From Podarcis pityusensis (lineage: Eukaryota): DNA of 64,000 nucleotides. The DNA is taken from NCBI GenBank assembly GCA_964106645.2, contig OZ067042.1, one strand, 5' to 3'. Position numbers and translations under genes: made by a program. The notes beneath the pieces are model-generated. The model was not told the origin of the DNA. It saw only the letters and a program-made list of their open reading frames with translations, and did not search any database. This document shows positions 37,162-48,476 of this stretch, in pieces (positions within the stretch are counted from its first letter, which is position 1; each line of letters starts with the position of its first letter).

Positions 37162-37286
37162 TGAAGCAATTGCATGAATTGACGGTGGCTGCATCATGGT
37201 ACCAGAACGCCTCTGCAGCATGTTAGACAGCACTTGTTTTGTGTTGCTTGGGACAAAGGAGTTGGGAGGGTCCAATCTGGAGCCAC
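37045..37286 (-). CDS. MED12L: MED12L polyQ exon GGSRLDPPNSFVPSNTKQVLSNML...Q10...Q14...RLLRQQAQ; 3' end inferred at a GC donor
   Basis: Acceptor cacag|GT GGC. No in-frame GT donor before the stop; CAG|gcaagg gives the required phase 0. Confidence 0.85.
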
Positions 37287-37302
37287 CTGTGAATGCAATG
37301 GG

Positions 37303-37350
37303 ATAGATGATAGTTGATAGATAGATAGATAGATGGATAGATAATAGATA
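37303..37350. repeat. Imperfect (AGAT)n microsatellite; a second run lies at 37537-37561
   Basis: Read directly. Confidence 0.9.
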
Positions 37351-37899
37351 GAGGGTGGATCTACACACAGGAAGAAAACGCTATAAATAAGTCAGAAATT
37401 AAATCGTTATAACAAAAAGGGAAAAAACGCTATGTAAAAATCACATTAAAAATTTCTTTGCTCTCTGGGGCCATCTGGTGTTACATGTTTATAATGAATT
37501 CAAAACATTTTTTTTGACTAATGTAGCTGAGTCCATAGATAGATAGATAGATAGATAGATATGAGGTGGGGGTTGTTTGCAATCCTAATGACTATATAAT
37601 GCATAATAATATTTTTTTTCCTTGTGTACTTTGCCAAAGTGCAGAAATACGTAGCCTTTAAAACCTAGGTTTCACTTTGCTTCCCCTTAGAGTATGTGAA
37701 ACAAGATTTGTAAACAACAACAACAACAAAAATTACTGTTGTTATCCAAAAGACACACTAGAGGGTAAAATGACTTTTAACTACTAATTCTATAGCATCC
37801 AAATGCTTAGAGCTCCGTCATCCTACCAAGCCATTTAAACCTTGCTTGCAATGGAAGGTGAGCTTTTTAAAATATCAAAGTAAAATAATAATAATTTAT

Positions 37900-38189
37900 G
37901 CCACAAGGTGCCATAGGAAGGCACTGGACATAGTAAAAGATCCATCGCATCCTGGTCACTGTCTCTTCGAGCTCTTGCCGTCGGGACAGAGATACAGGAC
38001 GATGAAGACAAGAACGAGCCGTCTTAAGAACAGCTTCTTCTCCAGAGCGATCTCGGCCCTGAATGGGAAGCCCGGACTTTGAAAGTCATCTAATCTCCCT
38101 TGCTGTATTATACTGTATTGATTAATTAGTGTTTTTATGGAGCAGTCAAGTAATTTCGTTGTCCCCGAAGGGGGCAATGACAATAAAGA

Positions 38190-38238
<49 letters not shown>
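37900..38238 (+). mobile_element. Rex1/Babar LINE 3' end with (ATT)n tail
   Basis: IVKDPSHPGHCLFELLPSGQRYRTMKTRTSRLKNSFFSRAISALN is the characteristic Rex1 C-terminus; AATAAA then (ATT)n. Confidence 0.85.
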
Positions 38239-38240
<2 letters not shown>

Positions 38241-38441
38241 AAACAAACAAAAAAACTGAAGTTGAGCAGCTTTTAACCATAATTAACAACAGTTAACTGT
38301 TGTTTTCTGTTTCTTTCTGCCTTTTGCATAACTATGACTGCCTTCTGAAGATAGCAGAATTGGGGGGAAAGAACTAAAAAATAATATTGCTTCTGTATGA
38401 TGCAGTAAGCTTCTGGTGCCCGTTACAAAGCAGAGACCTAC

Positions 38442-38598
38442 CTGGTGGAAGAGGCTGGTTCTGGACGAAGAAAGCAGCTTGCTGGGGCTGCCCCATAACA
38501 TTATAGCCCCACAAAGCAGACTGGGGGTGGTGCATCATTTGAGATGGAAGTGGTGAATAGTTGGGAGGGACTCTATATACATTGTTCTGAGGGTAATC
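38442..38598 (-). CDS. MED12L: MED12L exon DYPQNNVYRVPPNYSP...QNQPLPP
   Basis: cttaag|GAT...G|gtaggt, 157 bp, phase 0/1. Confidence 0.93.
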
Positions 38599-39115
38599 CT
38601 TAAGCGAAACAGGAAAAGTTAAACGTTATTTGCATCCATACCGTATTAATTCATAAACAATGCCAATTTTCCTACTGAACTATTAAAGAATTTATGACAA
38701 GTCCTTTTGTGGTTTACAATACAAAACCGATTCAGTCATAGACCCGGCAGAGATAAACTAAATATGACATCTTCTTGGCTGTCCGACAGTGCTTCATTTT
38801 ATACTTTTTCTGCATGCTATACAACATGTCAGGTCATAATGTTATCAAAGCCCTGCTGTGTGGGCAACTTAATGACAAATTCACACTGTGCATTCAAGCT
38901 TCAGAGAATGAAATTATGGGGAAGAAATTAAGTTAGCTGTCCTAAGGAATCTCTCGTGCTAAGGATTATTCCACCATATATCTAAGTACATGAAGCGGTT
39001 TCAAAATTTTCTATCTTCAGGAAATACTTTTTGCTTTCGCTCATCTGCCATATGATCCCTCTGTATCACCAGGGGCATGTTCTAAGGTGGACTTAATCAA
39101 CACAAAAGGCAGATA

Positions 39116-39356
39116 CAGTGGTATCTCAGGTTACAGATGCTTCAGATTACAGACGCTTCAGGTTACAGACTCCGCTAACCCAGAAATAGTACCTCGGGTT
39201 AAGAACTTTGCTTCAGGATGAGAACAGAAATCGTGCTCTAGTGGCGCGGCGGTAGCGGGAGGCCTCATTAGCTAAAGTGGTCTTCAGGTTAAGAACAGTT
39301 TCAGGTTAAAAACGGACCTCCGGAACGAATTAAGTTCCTAACCTGAGGTACCACTG
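39116..39356. mobile_element. Tc1/mariner MITE, family A (second copy)
   Basis: TA-cagtggtatctcaggtta...taacctgaggtaccactg-TA. Confidence 0.85.
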
Positions 39357-39502
39357 TACTAACAAACACCTTCCACTGGGGGGGGGGGGGAGCTGTTCCT
39401 GCCTCTCCTAAGTAGCAATAGGAGTCAAACCCAAGTCTGGATGCCCCCTTCCCACTCAAGAGGTAAAATTTCCATTTCACGCTGCAAGTTTTAATCGCTT
39501 AC

Positions 39503-39871
39503 ATCAGGTTTGGAAGTTGGTTTTGTCTTTCGCTTCTTGCCTTTTGCCTTCTTCTCTTCATCTGCTAAAGGTTTGCCCTGATCCGACAGCTCTGCTGACT
39601 TCCTTTCCGGTTCCTGAGACGCAGGGGTAGATGGCTCCTCCTCCTCCTCCTCTTCTTCAGGAGGGAGGGGTAAAGGCTCGAGGTAGTAACTTCGGGGCTT
39701 GGGTTTAGAGTGGGCGTGGTAGAGGAGAAGGTGCTGCTGCTCCTCGTATTTTATTACTTTCCTGTCGATACGGACAGTTCCAAACCAAGCCCAGGATAGC
39801 GGAGCAGGATTTCTATTGCCCTCAAATAAATCCCACGGGGATACTTTCTGCTTAGTTGAGACCTGAAGCCC
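39503..39871 (-). CDS. MED12L: MED12L exon [18 protein letters not shown]...KTKPTSKPD
   Basis: aaacag|GGG...GAT|gtaagc, 369 bp, phase 0/0; highly conserved MED12 motif. Confidence 0.96.
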
Positions 39872-40779
39872 CTGTTTGAAAATGTAAAGGGATAGTTTTT
39901 ATTTGTCATTTCTTACCTAAACCTCATGTAACCTAAAATAAAGTTGCAGCACACACGGTAATGTGAACTATTGAAAGTTATGCACAGAACAGTCAAAAGA
40001 GCATTATGGTTTATCAGTAATGTAAAATAAAGATGTCACCCGTTTTAAATGTCAATCACACCTCAACAGATTTTATGCTTTTGTTGCTGTTAAATGCTTT
40101 GATGTTTTTTATGATATAGCGGTATACTGTACAAATATTTTTATAAATAAAATAAAAACTCTCCAGAACTGAAAACTAGATGAAATAGTTGTTCTAGTAC
40201 GTTATTCAAGGCATTCCAAAAAATCTATGCCATGCAGCACAATCTTTTAGAAATAAAACTCATATATTCTATGAGACTTCCCCTTATAATGTTTACAGCC
40301 AGTGTTCACCTAAATCACAAACGTTTGATGCCCCTGGTTTACTCCTCTGTAAATATCACATTAGCAAAGAGTGAAATGTCTGCAGCAAATGCTAATTAGA
40401 AAGCTTAATCATATTTGAGGCATTGCCCATATCTCTCATCTTAAAAAAACCAACCCCGGCCTTGTCAATCTCACAATCCCACAACATATTCCAAATAAAA
40501 TTAAAATGGCTGAATGTGATTAACATCCAGTTAAGACTCAAACCTGATGCAGCACCTGCTGTCTTGAGCTCTTGTGATGGGCAGCTTGACCACTGCAATT
40601 TGCCACTAGCTGGCAGTATTGTCTGCATTTAGTTTGTGGTTTTAGAATCTGTCATGCAAAAGTGGCTTTAAATTATTTCAGACAACAGACAGAGTGAGCT
40701 CTTCCTGCAGCCAAGCTGGTGCCAAACATATTGCTCTGCTTTCCTTTGGACCACACCAGAGAGGCCAAGAGGGTGGGGT

Positions 40780-41223
40780 GTTGTTGCCTGGGCAGCCCAG
40801 GACCTCCAGCACCCGGGGCAGCGCAGTCCGTATGGAGTGCGCATGTGCGGCATCCCGTGCACACACACACTCTGTACAGAATGCCACACATACGCAGTCC
40901 GTATGGGCTGCCACTTGCGAGCAGCATCCCGTACGGAGTGCGCATGTGCAGCCTGCCGTACGGACACCATGCAAACGGCATCCCGTATGGACTGCACATG
41001 CGCGGTGAGCATACGGGCTGCCGCACATGCGCAGTCCATATGGGCTGCCGCTTGTATGGATTGGGCTGCCGCTTGTATGGACGGCGTGCGAGAGCAGCAG
41101 CCCATACAGACTGTGCGTGCCCTCAGCCGCTCTACAGCTGGGGGGAGGCAGCGGCCATCTTGTCTCACCCCCCGTGGCACCCGGGGCGGCCCACCCCCTC
41201 CACACACACCTTCCTACGCCCCT
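40780..41223. repeat. GC-rich degenerate palindromic minisatellite, probably inside a MITE
   Basis: Repeated gcagtccgtatgg, ccgtacgg and tgcgca units; ends ttcctacgcccct. Confidence 0.6.
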
Positions 41224-41910
41224 ATATACACTGCCAGGCTTGTGCCCCAGGGAGGTAGCACAGTGCTGCTAGCACAGTGGTTTGATTTCACCCCCGGAGG
41301 TGTACTTCCTTATTTCTTGAGACAGACAGATGCCAACAACCCTCTTAGACTGCATTCCTAATCCCTCTTATCTGGGAGCAACCCCTATTTAATTCAGTAG
41401 GCTTTCCATCCAAATAGAATTGGTTAAGATTTGCCTTTGAGCATAGAAGATTCACCATGGGGTACCAAAATCTACTCAGCTACAGATAAGTAAAGCCCCG
41501 GTCCAAATCTTGCCTCTAACATGGATTCACTTGGTGGCCTTCATAAGTCACTCTATCAGCTTCACTCTTCCCATCTATATTAGAGGGGCTGAAAATATTA
41601 AGGCATGCTTTAGCGTTCTTCTAAGAATTTCTAACTAGGTAATGCATGCAGAGTTCTCTGAATATTTGGAAACACTATGCATTTTTACAAGTATTATTAT
41701 TAAGTGGAATGTTGCCTAATAGAAAGGCAGAGAATTGTTTCTTTGCTTTGCAGAATATGGTAGAAGCTGTAATAACAAAACAGAAAAACATTCACGGCCT
41801 TCTGTGAATAAATGAGTTGAATGGATCTGATTAAAGGGCCACCAAGTTATCTTTTGGCTGTCACATGCATGAGAAAGTTGGCACGCCTTAAAATTAAAGT
41901 TTATTCTTGC

Positions 41911-42072
41911 CTGTTTCTTATCGATGGAGTCAAATCCAGCAATTTTGTTTCCCTTGGTATCAATTAGTGATCCCATAGGCTCACAAGCAATAATGTCACA
42001 CATTTGCTTAGGCAAGGGAAGAAGTTGACGAACTTTGTCAATACTTTCTGAACACTTATCTCCCAGTTCTTT
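41911..42072 (-). CDS. MED12L: MED12L exon [22 protein letters not shown]...GFDSIDKKQ (GC donor)
   Basis: ttgcag|AAA...CAG|gcaaga, 162 bp, joins in frame to GLQVSTKQK. Confidence 0.93.
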
Positions 42073-43106
42073 CTGCAAGGGGGTAAAAAGGACAAATGTT
42101 AAGGAAGCATTTCAAAATTGCAGACCAGAAATGTTTCATTATGAGTCATTTCCCTGTACTTTTACTATTTTTATTCCGCAGTCTTCGCTGTGCCTTAAAA
42201 TGTGCTTTATAAGCTATTTCCGCTCATCTGATGGGACCCCCTCCCAAAAAATCTAACTATAGAAATCTGCATTGAATGTTGATGTAGAAGCCTAAAGAAC
42301 AGGCTTCTACATCAACAATGAGCAATGGTGTCAAGGGGCGGGGAATCATCTGCAGTTTTAGCATATCATATTGGGCCAAGCCAGAGAACCATGGACAGAA
42401 AGCTATTGTGTATATCAAGTCAAGGCATTTGTCCAGCTAACCCAGAATTGCCTACTCTGACTTGCTGTGGTTCTACATATTCTTTGGGCATTGAACCTGG
42501 GACGATTTCCTTGCAAGGCATGAGCTATTGTTGTCATCCACATACCGCATGTGTGATAAACAGTGCCTAACAGGCAAAGGGGCATACGCTCCTATTTGGA
42601 GGAATCCCAGTTACAAAAATATTTGCACACACACACACAGTAGACTTTTCCACATCAGGCATGGCTGCTTCATTCCCACATGTTCTGTGCAAATGAACTG
42701 GAGTGATTTTTGTTTGTTGAAGTAATCCATTTAGAATTGGGTGTGTCAGTGTCATCTATTAATTAGTCTAGATCCCTTTGGCTAATATACAAGCAACACT
42801 GCAGATGTTAAAAGACTGGGAAACAGCTACAGGCACATGCAATTTCTCTTCCTGTCTCCTCTCTTGTGTGCTTGTTCCTGATCTCTTAACCAGGCTAGCA
42901 AATGACTTGTGCACCAAGCCTTTCTGTCCTGTTTCTTAATTCTTATTCATTTGTGAATGAATTCCCTTATTCCCTTATTCCCATACATGATTCCCTTATT
43001 TTCTTGTATCTACATACTCCTCCTTTACACAAAAAAGTGGGGGGAACTGCTAGAAAAGTGATTCGTTTAGCAAAAGCATATTTCAGAAGTCAGACGGGAG
43101 ACTTAC

Positions 43107-43242
43107 TTTCAGCTTTTTCACCAAATTCATGTATGCTCTTTTGTTCTCTTCAGACCCCACCTGGGTTGCATTTGATAGGTCAGAAGCTAAGGTTCCATTG
43201 ATCAACACACTCAGCATGTCAAGTACAGTTGTAAACAATTCA
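43107..43242 (-). CDS. MED12L: MED12L exon [21 protein letters not shown]...NLVKKLK
   Basis: cctag|T GAA...AAA|gtaagt, 136 bp, phase 2/0. Confidence 0.95.
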
Positions 43243-43720
43243 CTAGGAACATTAGGGAAAAAAGCAGTGAATTACACCACAAAGAGCAAAAAATAAAATA
43301 AAACAATGTTCTTCCATTCAGCCAAATGTTTACTATTCCTCTCTGGAATGTCATAATCCAATCTAAACTGGATTGTGTGAGTCTCTGAAAGGAGGTCCTA
43401 CCCCACCTGCTAGTTTGCTTCACTGTGGTCCTTTCCATGGTTTCTCAAGTCTGAATAAATGCATGGCCCTTTTCTCAAGATACGCTCTGGTTTCCTCCAA
43501 CTGCAGCAGGAGTAAGACACCTCCAGCCAACAAACACTTGTTTTCTTGGCTGTGTCTGAGACACCCCTAGTATCTTTGAACTTGACCTCACCAAGTCAAA
43601 GTTCCAGAAGATTCCTCTTGATGGAATCTATGGAGGGAGCTATTACAGACCATTTTAGCAACTTTGGTACTGCACAGGGGGGGAAATAATATTGTGTTAT
43701 TATTAATGGTGCAGACATAC

Positions 43721-43830
43721 TTGTTTGTTTGCATGTCAACGGTTCCTGATGTTATTATTTGAAGGAGCAGAAGTGCCCAGTCTGTGGTCCACTGCGTACT
43801 TCTCTGCACCGTGTCAAACATTCCACCCAC
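43721..43830 (-). CDS. MED12L: MED12L exon [36 protein letters not shown]
   Basis: ttttag|GTG...AA|gtatgt, 110 bp, phase 0/2. Confidence 0.95.
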
Positions 43831-44765
43831 CTAAAATGAGAACCACATGGAAAAAAATTGAAGATAAACATGCTTAATTATGTTTATTATTTTTATTTTT
43901 ATTAATTTATTATTATTTTTATTAATTGTGAACACGTAAATAAATCAAATATACATAAATAAAAGTAAAACAAAAAATAGAGAATATAAAAAGAAACAGA
44001 ATAAAGAATAAAAAATAGAAAGATAGATAACACATTTCAAAAAATAAAAAATAAATATAAATATTTTCGTATCAACTTCTACATAAGGAGTTCAAGCCTT
44101 TTGTGCTCTGCTTTATTTATGCTTATGGCCTAATTACATTGATTCCTAGTATGTCCCTATTGGTAAGTTCCTTGGAAATGCCAAACAGCTTGATACGTGG
44201 CTCTGGAGTAGACATCCTTCTGTTGACATGTCCCTCCTGAGTCATAGAATCATACTGTGAATATGCTGGCATTAAGTGGCCAGTCCCTTGGAAGGTCTCT
44301 TCAACTTAAAAAACAACAACCCAGCAGCCCCCCCCCCACCTACACAGATGTGGAGGTGGGTCTGTACAGAGGGCATGGGCAAAATCAGGAGGTGACATGA
44401 GATTCAAATGACTGGTGGGCTGCCATGTTGCACTGTGTCTAGCGCAGCACCGTGTTTGTTACACAGTGCTATGCTAGACACATAGAACACAGTGAGATTC
44501 TATGAGGGGTCTTGCTGCAACCTTATTGCTCTGCCTGCATCAGTGCAAGATTATAGCCTCGTAGTTTCTCTCATATTAAGTGCTTGCACACACAAATGTG
44601 TAACAGTTTTATACGTTCTTCATTTTCCAGTTTCAATATGCAGGTTTTTTTAATATTACGGATATGTCCTCTTTTTTGCTCTTCAAAATATGGCAACCCT
44701 AGGAGCAGTTTTATTGAGGAATGACATAAAAATAGTCTAAACAGATAATTGTGCCTTTTTCTCAC

Positions 44766-44855
44766 CAAATTAAGACGAAGTTGCAGAGCGTCATGCATCA
44801 TCTGTCTAGCTTTAACATCATTCTGGTATCTCTCTTCCCTCCAGTTGCTTAATAT
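44766..44855 (-). CDS. MED12L: MED12L exon ILSNWREERYQNDVKARQMMHDALQLRLNL
   Basis: cctag|ATA...TTG|gtgag, 90 bp, phase 0/0. Confidence 0.95.
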
Positions 44856-45654
44856 CTAGGAACAAAAATCCGATTAACTGAAGCATGTTTACTTCAAACC
44901 TTAACATTACTCATTCCTGGCCAACATTATATATATATATAACTCTTTTCACCCACTTCTATGAAATACTTCTCACAAATTTTGCTCGTTGTTAAATTTC
45001 TGCCTGCTATAATTTATTACCCTGTATCCTCTCTTGCCCAATTTAACTGATGCTATTTTTACTTAAGAAGTCCCATCTGTGGAGCCGTTCAAAGAAAGAG
45101 TTGTCCTCTTATCTAGTCAGGTAAAAGAAGAGCCACTTGCAAATACGTTCTCCTCCGGGTGAAACTCCACACAGGCATGGGCTCCCCAAAAGTTGCCTGT
45201 GAGAAGTCATCATTTTCCACTGAGCACACAAATTCCTTTCATTTGATAGGTGAGAAAGGGAAGCCTCTGAATCAGACTCTACAGATAGCTTCTCTCAGTG
45301 GCTGTTAATACTTTCTACAGATTGCAAGCAAAGTTGCAAGGATGGTAAAGTAAGAAATATCTCAGATCCAGATTAAAGTACTGGAGGTACCAGAAGTACT
45401 GGAAGGAAGGAGGAAGGATTGAAGGCAGCCAAAACAGAAATGAAGGAGGGAAGTGTCAGAAAATGGAATAGTTAGAAACTATATCTAAAATGAATTTCGT
45501 TACATGCTAACTATGTGTTTTACAGTGGCCTGGGAGCTGCTCTTGTAGTACTGTAGTTACACACAGATGGAGGAGTGGGGCAAGCAATAAGGTATCTGTC
45601 CACAACAATAAGAGTCCTATGCTCTGTGTACATAGCTCTTCTACCTAGTCATTA

Positions 45655-45887
45655 CAGTTGTACCTTGGAAGTCGGATGGAGTCCATTCTGGAAGGTCTGT
45701 TTGACTTCCAAAACGTCCAGAAACCAAATTGCGGCTTCTGGTATCGCTCCTGCAGCCAATCGGAAGCCCTGTCGGACATTCGTGTTCCAAAGAACGTTCG
45801 TAAACCAGAACACTCACGTCCGGGTTTGTGGCATTCGGGAGCCAAAACGTCTGAGTACCAAGGCGTTTGGGATCCTAGGTCCGACTG
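45655..45887. mobile_element. Tc1/mariner MITE, family B (second copy)
   Basis: TA-cagttgtacct...aggtccgactg-TA; similar to 27968-28217. Confidence 0.8.
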
Positions 45888-46642
45888 TACTAGGTTGGTT
45901 GTGGGGGCATACCAAAACTAAGTGGCTCACCTGTCATGATAGCAGCATAGGAATCAAGCACTGAAATCAAGGGTCGAATGCTGGGTTCTATCACCTTCTA
46001 AGCTATCTTACAAACTACTGTATTAACAACTGAAGTGGCAACATGCCCCACATTAGGCCTAGTGTATTCATCCAGCAGAATGAGGTGGGAATGAGGTATT
46101 AGACTAAAATGTGCCTGTCTGGACCACACCCACAGGGACTGCAGGTTGTGGAAGTCTTTAAAAAAAAAACTACACATAAACAACACTCCCTACCAGTAAA
46201 AAGTCAGTGCAAAGGGATCAGGCTGGGCTAGAGCCTTTCTCCCACTCTCACCTGCAGATAATTTATTTTTTACATGGGAGAACGATCAAAATTGATGTTC
46301 CTCAACATCAGTCTGAAATAGTACAATCCATTCTATCGGAATATGACCATCTCATTGACCTCCATGTGTAGGCAATGCCTTGATGTGCTTTAGGCCAGGA
46401 TCCAAAGAACTCTAGAACCTGTTTGTGAGTCAGTGGGTTCTGGATTTCGGATTCCCAGAACTCCAAATTTGCAGTGCCATGTGGCAAATCATTACTGGAA
46501 CTGTGGGAAGTTTCAAGAGCAGACCTATGCTATATAGCATGATAGACTAGTGCTCCAAGAAATAGAAATAAAAAGTCCCACACGTCACTGATCTCACTTA
46601 AAGTAGCATTTTGTAGCCTGGTATTAGGCTATGTGCACATTA

Positions 46643-46987
46643 AAGGTAAAGGGTAAAGGGACCCCTGACCATTAGGTCCAGTCGTGGCCGACTCTGGGGT
46701 TGTGGCGCTCATCTCGCTTTATTGGCCGAGGGAGCCGGCGTACAGCTTCCGGGTCATGTGACCCGGGTCATGGCAAACCAGAGCAGCGCACGGAAACACC
46801 GTTTACCTTCCCGCTGGAGCGGTACCTATTTATCTACTTGCACTTTGACGTGTTTTCGAACTGCTAGGTTGGCAGGAGCAAGGACCGAGCAATGGGAGCT
46901 CACCCCGTCGCGGGGATTCGAACCACCAACCTTCTGATCGGCAAGTCCTAGGCTCTGTGGTTTAACCCACAGCGCCACCTGCGTCCC
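46643..46987 (-). mobile_element. Sauria SINE, full length
   Basis: 12-bp TSD atgtgcacatta at 46631 and 46988. Confidence 0.92.
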
Positions 46988-47682
46988 ATGTGCACATTAG
47001 GGACCTTGAAATGCAGTAAGGTCATTTTTCCCTGCTCCATTTCAAGTCACGTTTTTACATTGCTGTACACACCAGAGAGGGAGCTGAGATGTCTTCACTC
47101 GATGCAAACTACCCAATTTGTTTCCCTGTATCTGCATTTCCCCCACAACTCCTATTCAGCGAAGACTGCAAGTGTGCAGCAAATATCTGAAGTGTTCACT
47201 GTTTGTCTTTTCAGATCAAATTGAGCCTGATTTGAGGGAAAACACATCTAACAGCAGTGCTTCTCAAGAAACTATAGATTGTAGGTAACTTGGCTTCAAA
47301 CATCCGCAGTGGGAGAGCACTGGAACCAGAGTAAACAGTAATGTGTGCATAGTCTTAGTACCTAAAGTGAAGATGCTGCAGATGCAATACAAAACAACAA
47401 GGCAAGCTCAATGTAATGGGTCACTTTGCCAACAGCAATTACTTCTATCCCTGCTTAGGTAACTGAGAAAGTTTGCCATTTTTCTTTTTTTTAAAATGCA
47501 GATGATTTTGTGTCGTTGTTTTTTAAATAAAATATCAGCTAAACCTTCTGTCTTTTCTCTCCATTTATGTTCCTGAAACTCACACGGATGGCCTTTCAAA
47601 TGTGGTTTCCTGTGTGCCTGAGTCCATTAGTATAATTGATTTTCATCTGACGCAGAGCACAGAATTATCTGCTTATTTTTAC

Positions 47683-47794
47683 CTGATTAACTTGATTTTG
47701 TAGAGATGTTAGAAGCCCTTCTCGCTGCTCATCCTGTCCCTTAAGGCAAGTAAGTACCAAAGAAAGGAAAGGTTGCTGACTCAAAAGAGACATG
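47683..47794 (-). CDS. MED12L: MED12L exon [37 protein letters not shown]
   Basis: ttaaag|C ATG...CAG|gtaaaa, 112 bp, phase 2/0. Confidence 0.95.
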
Positions 47795-48128
47795 CTTTAA
47801 AAGAGGCAGAGACAAGATTCAATTAGTAGTGTTACTTTGATATTTCCTGTCTCCAATCCCTTCCTTCCCTTTGTCTACTCTTTCCCTAGCAGGGTTTTCT
47901 TCACGTGCACTGTTATCGCTGTTTTAGCAAGCTAAAAAATACTCACGCGCTAAAAGCCAAACATTAGGACAGAGGTTCTTCAAACCATGGATTTCCCTGG
48001 AAGCTCCCAAGGAGTTCATCAGTGGGAATATTGGTAACAGCAGCCACAAGATGTGGTGAGATGGCATTGAAGGTGGGGGCTGGGCAAATCCATGGAGGGT
48101 AAGTCTATTATTTAGATAGTCAGGATAA

Positions 48129-48476
48129 GGTAAAGGTAAAGGGAGCCCTGACCATTAGGTCCAGTCGTGACCAACTCTGGGGTTGCAGCTCTCATCTCAC
48201 TTTATTGGCTGAGGGAGCCGGCGTACAGCTTCCGGGTCATGTGGCCAGCATGACTAAGCCGCTTCTGGTGAACCAGAGCAGCGCACAGAAACGCCGTTTA
48301 CCTTCCCCCCGGAGTGGTACCTATTTATCTACTTGCACTTTGACGTGTTTTCGAACTGCTAGGTTGGCAGGAGCAGGGACCGAGCAACAGGAGCTCACCA
48401 CGTCGCAGGGATTCGAACCGCCAACCTTCTGATCAGCAAGTCCGAGGCTCAGTGGTTTAACCCACAGTGCCACCCA
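48129..48476 (-). mobile_element. Sauria SINE
   Basis: Conserved body; TSD atagtcaggataa at 48116 and 48510. Confidence 0.9.

Noticed and set aside
40668-41361. Overlapping 104-179-aa ORFs as real proteins, or the repeat as a CRISPR-like array
   Set aside because: Stop depletion follows from the GC-rich palindromic units; units are degenerate, lack unique spacers, and the context is vertebrate with no cas genes.
45931-45960. 30-nt poison exon candidate on the - strand (tttcag|TGC...TGA CAG|gtgagc)
   Set aside because: Splice-like motifs of this quality arise by chance in introns; no independent support.
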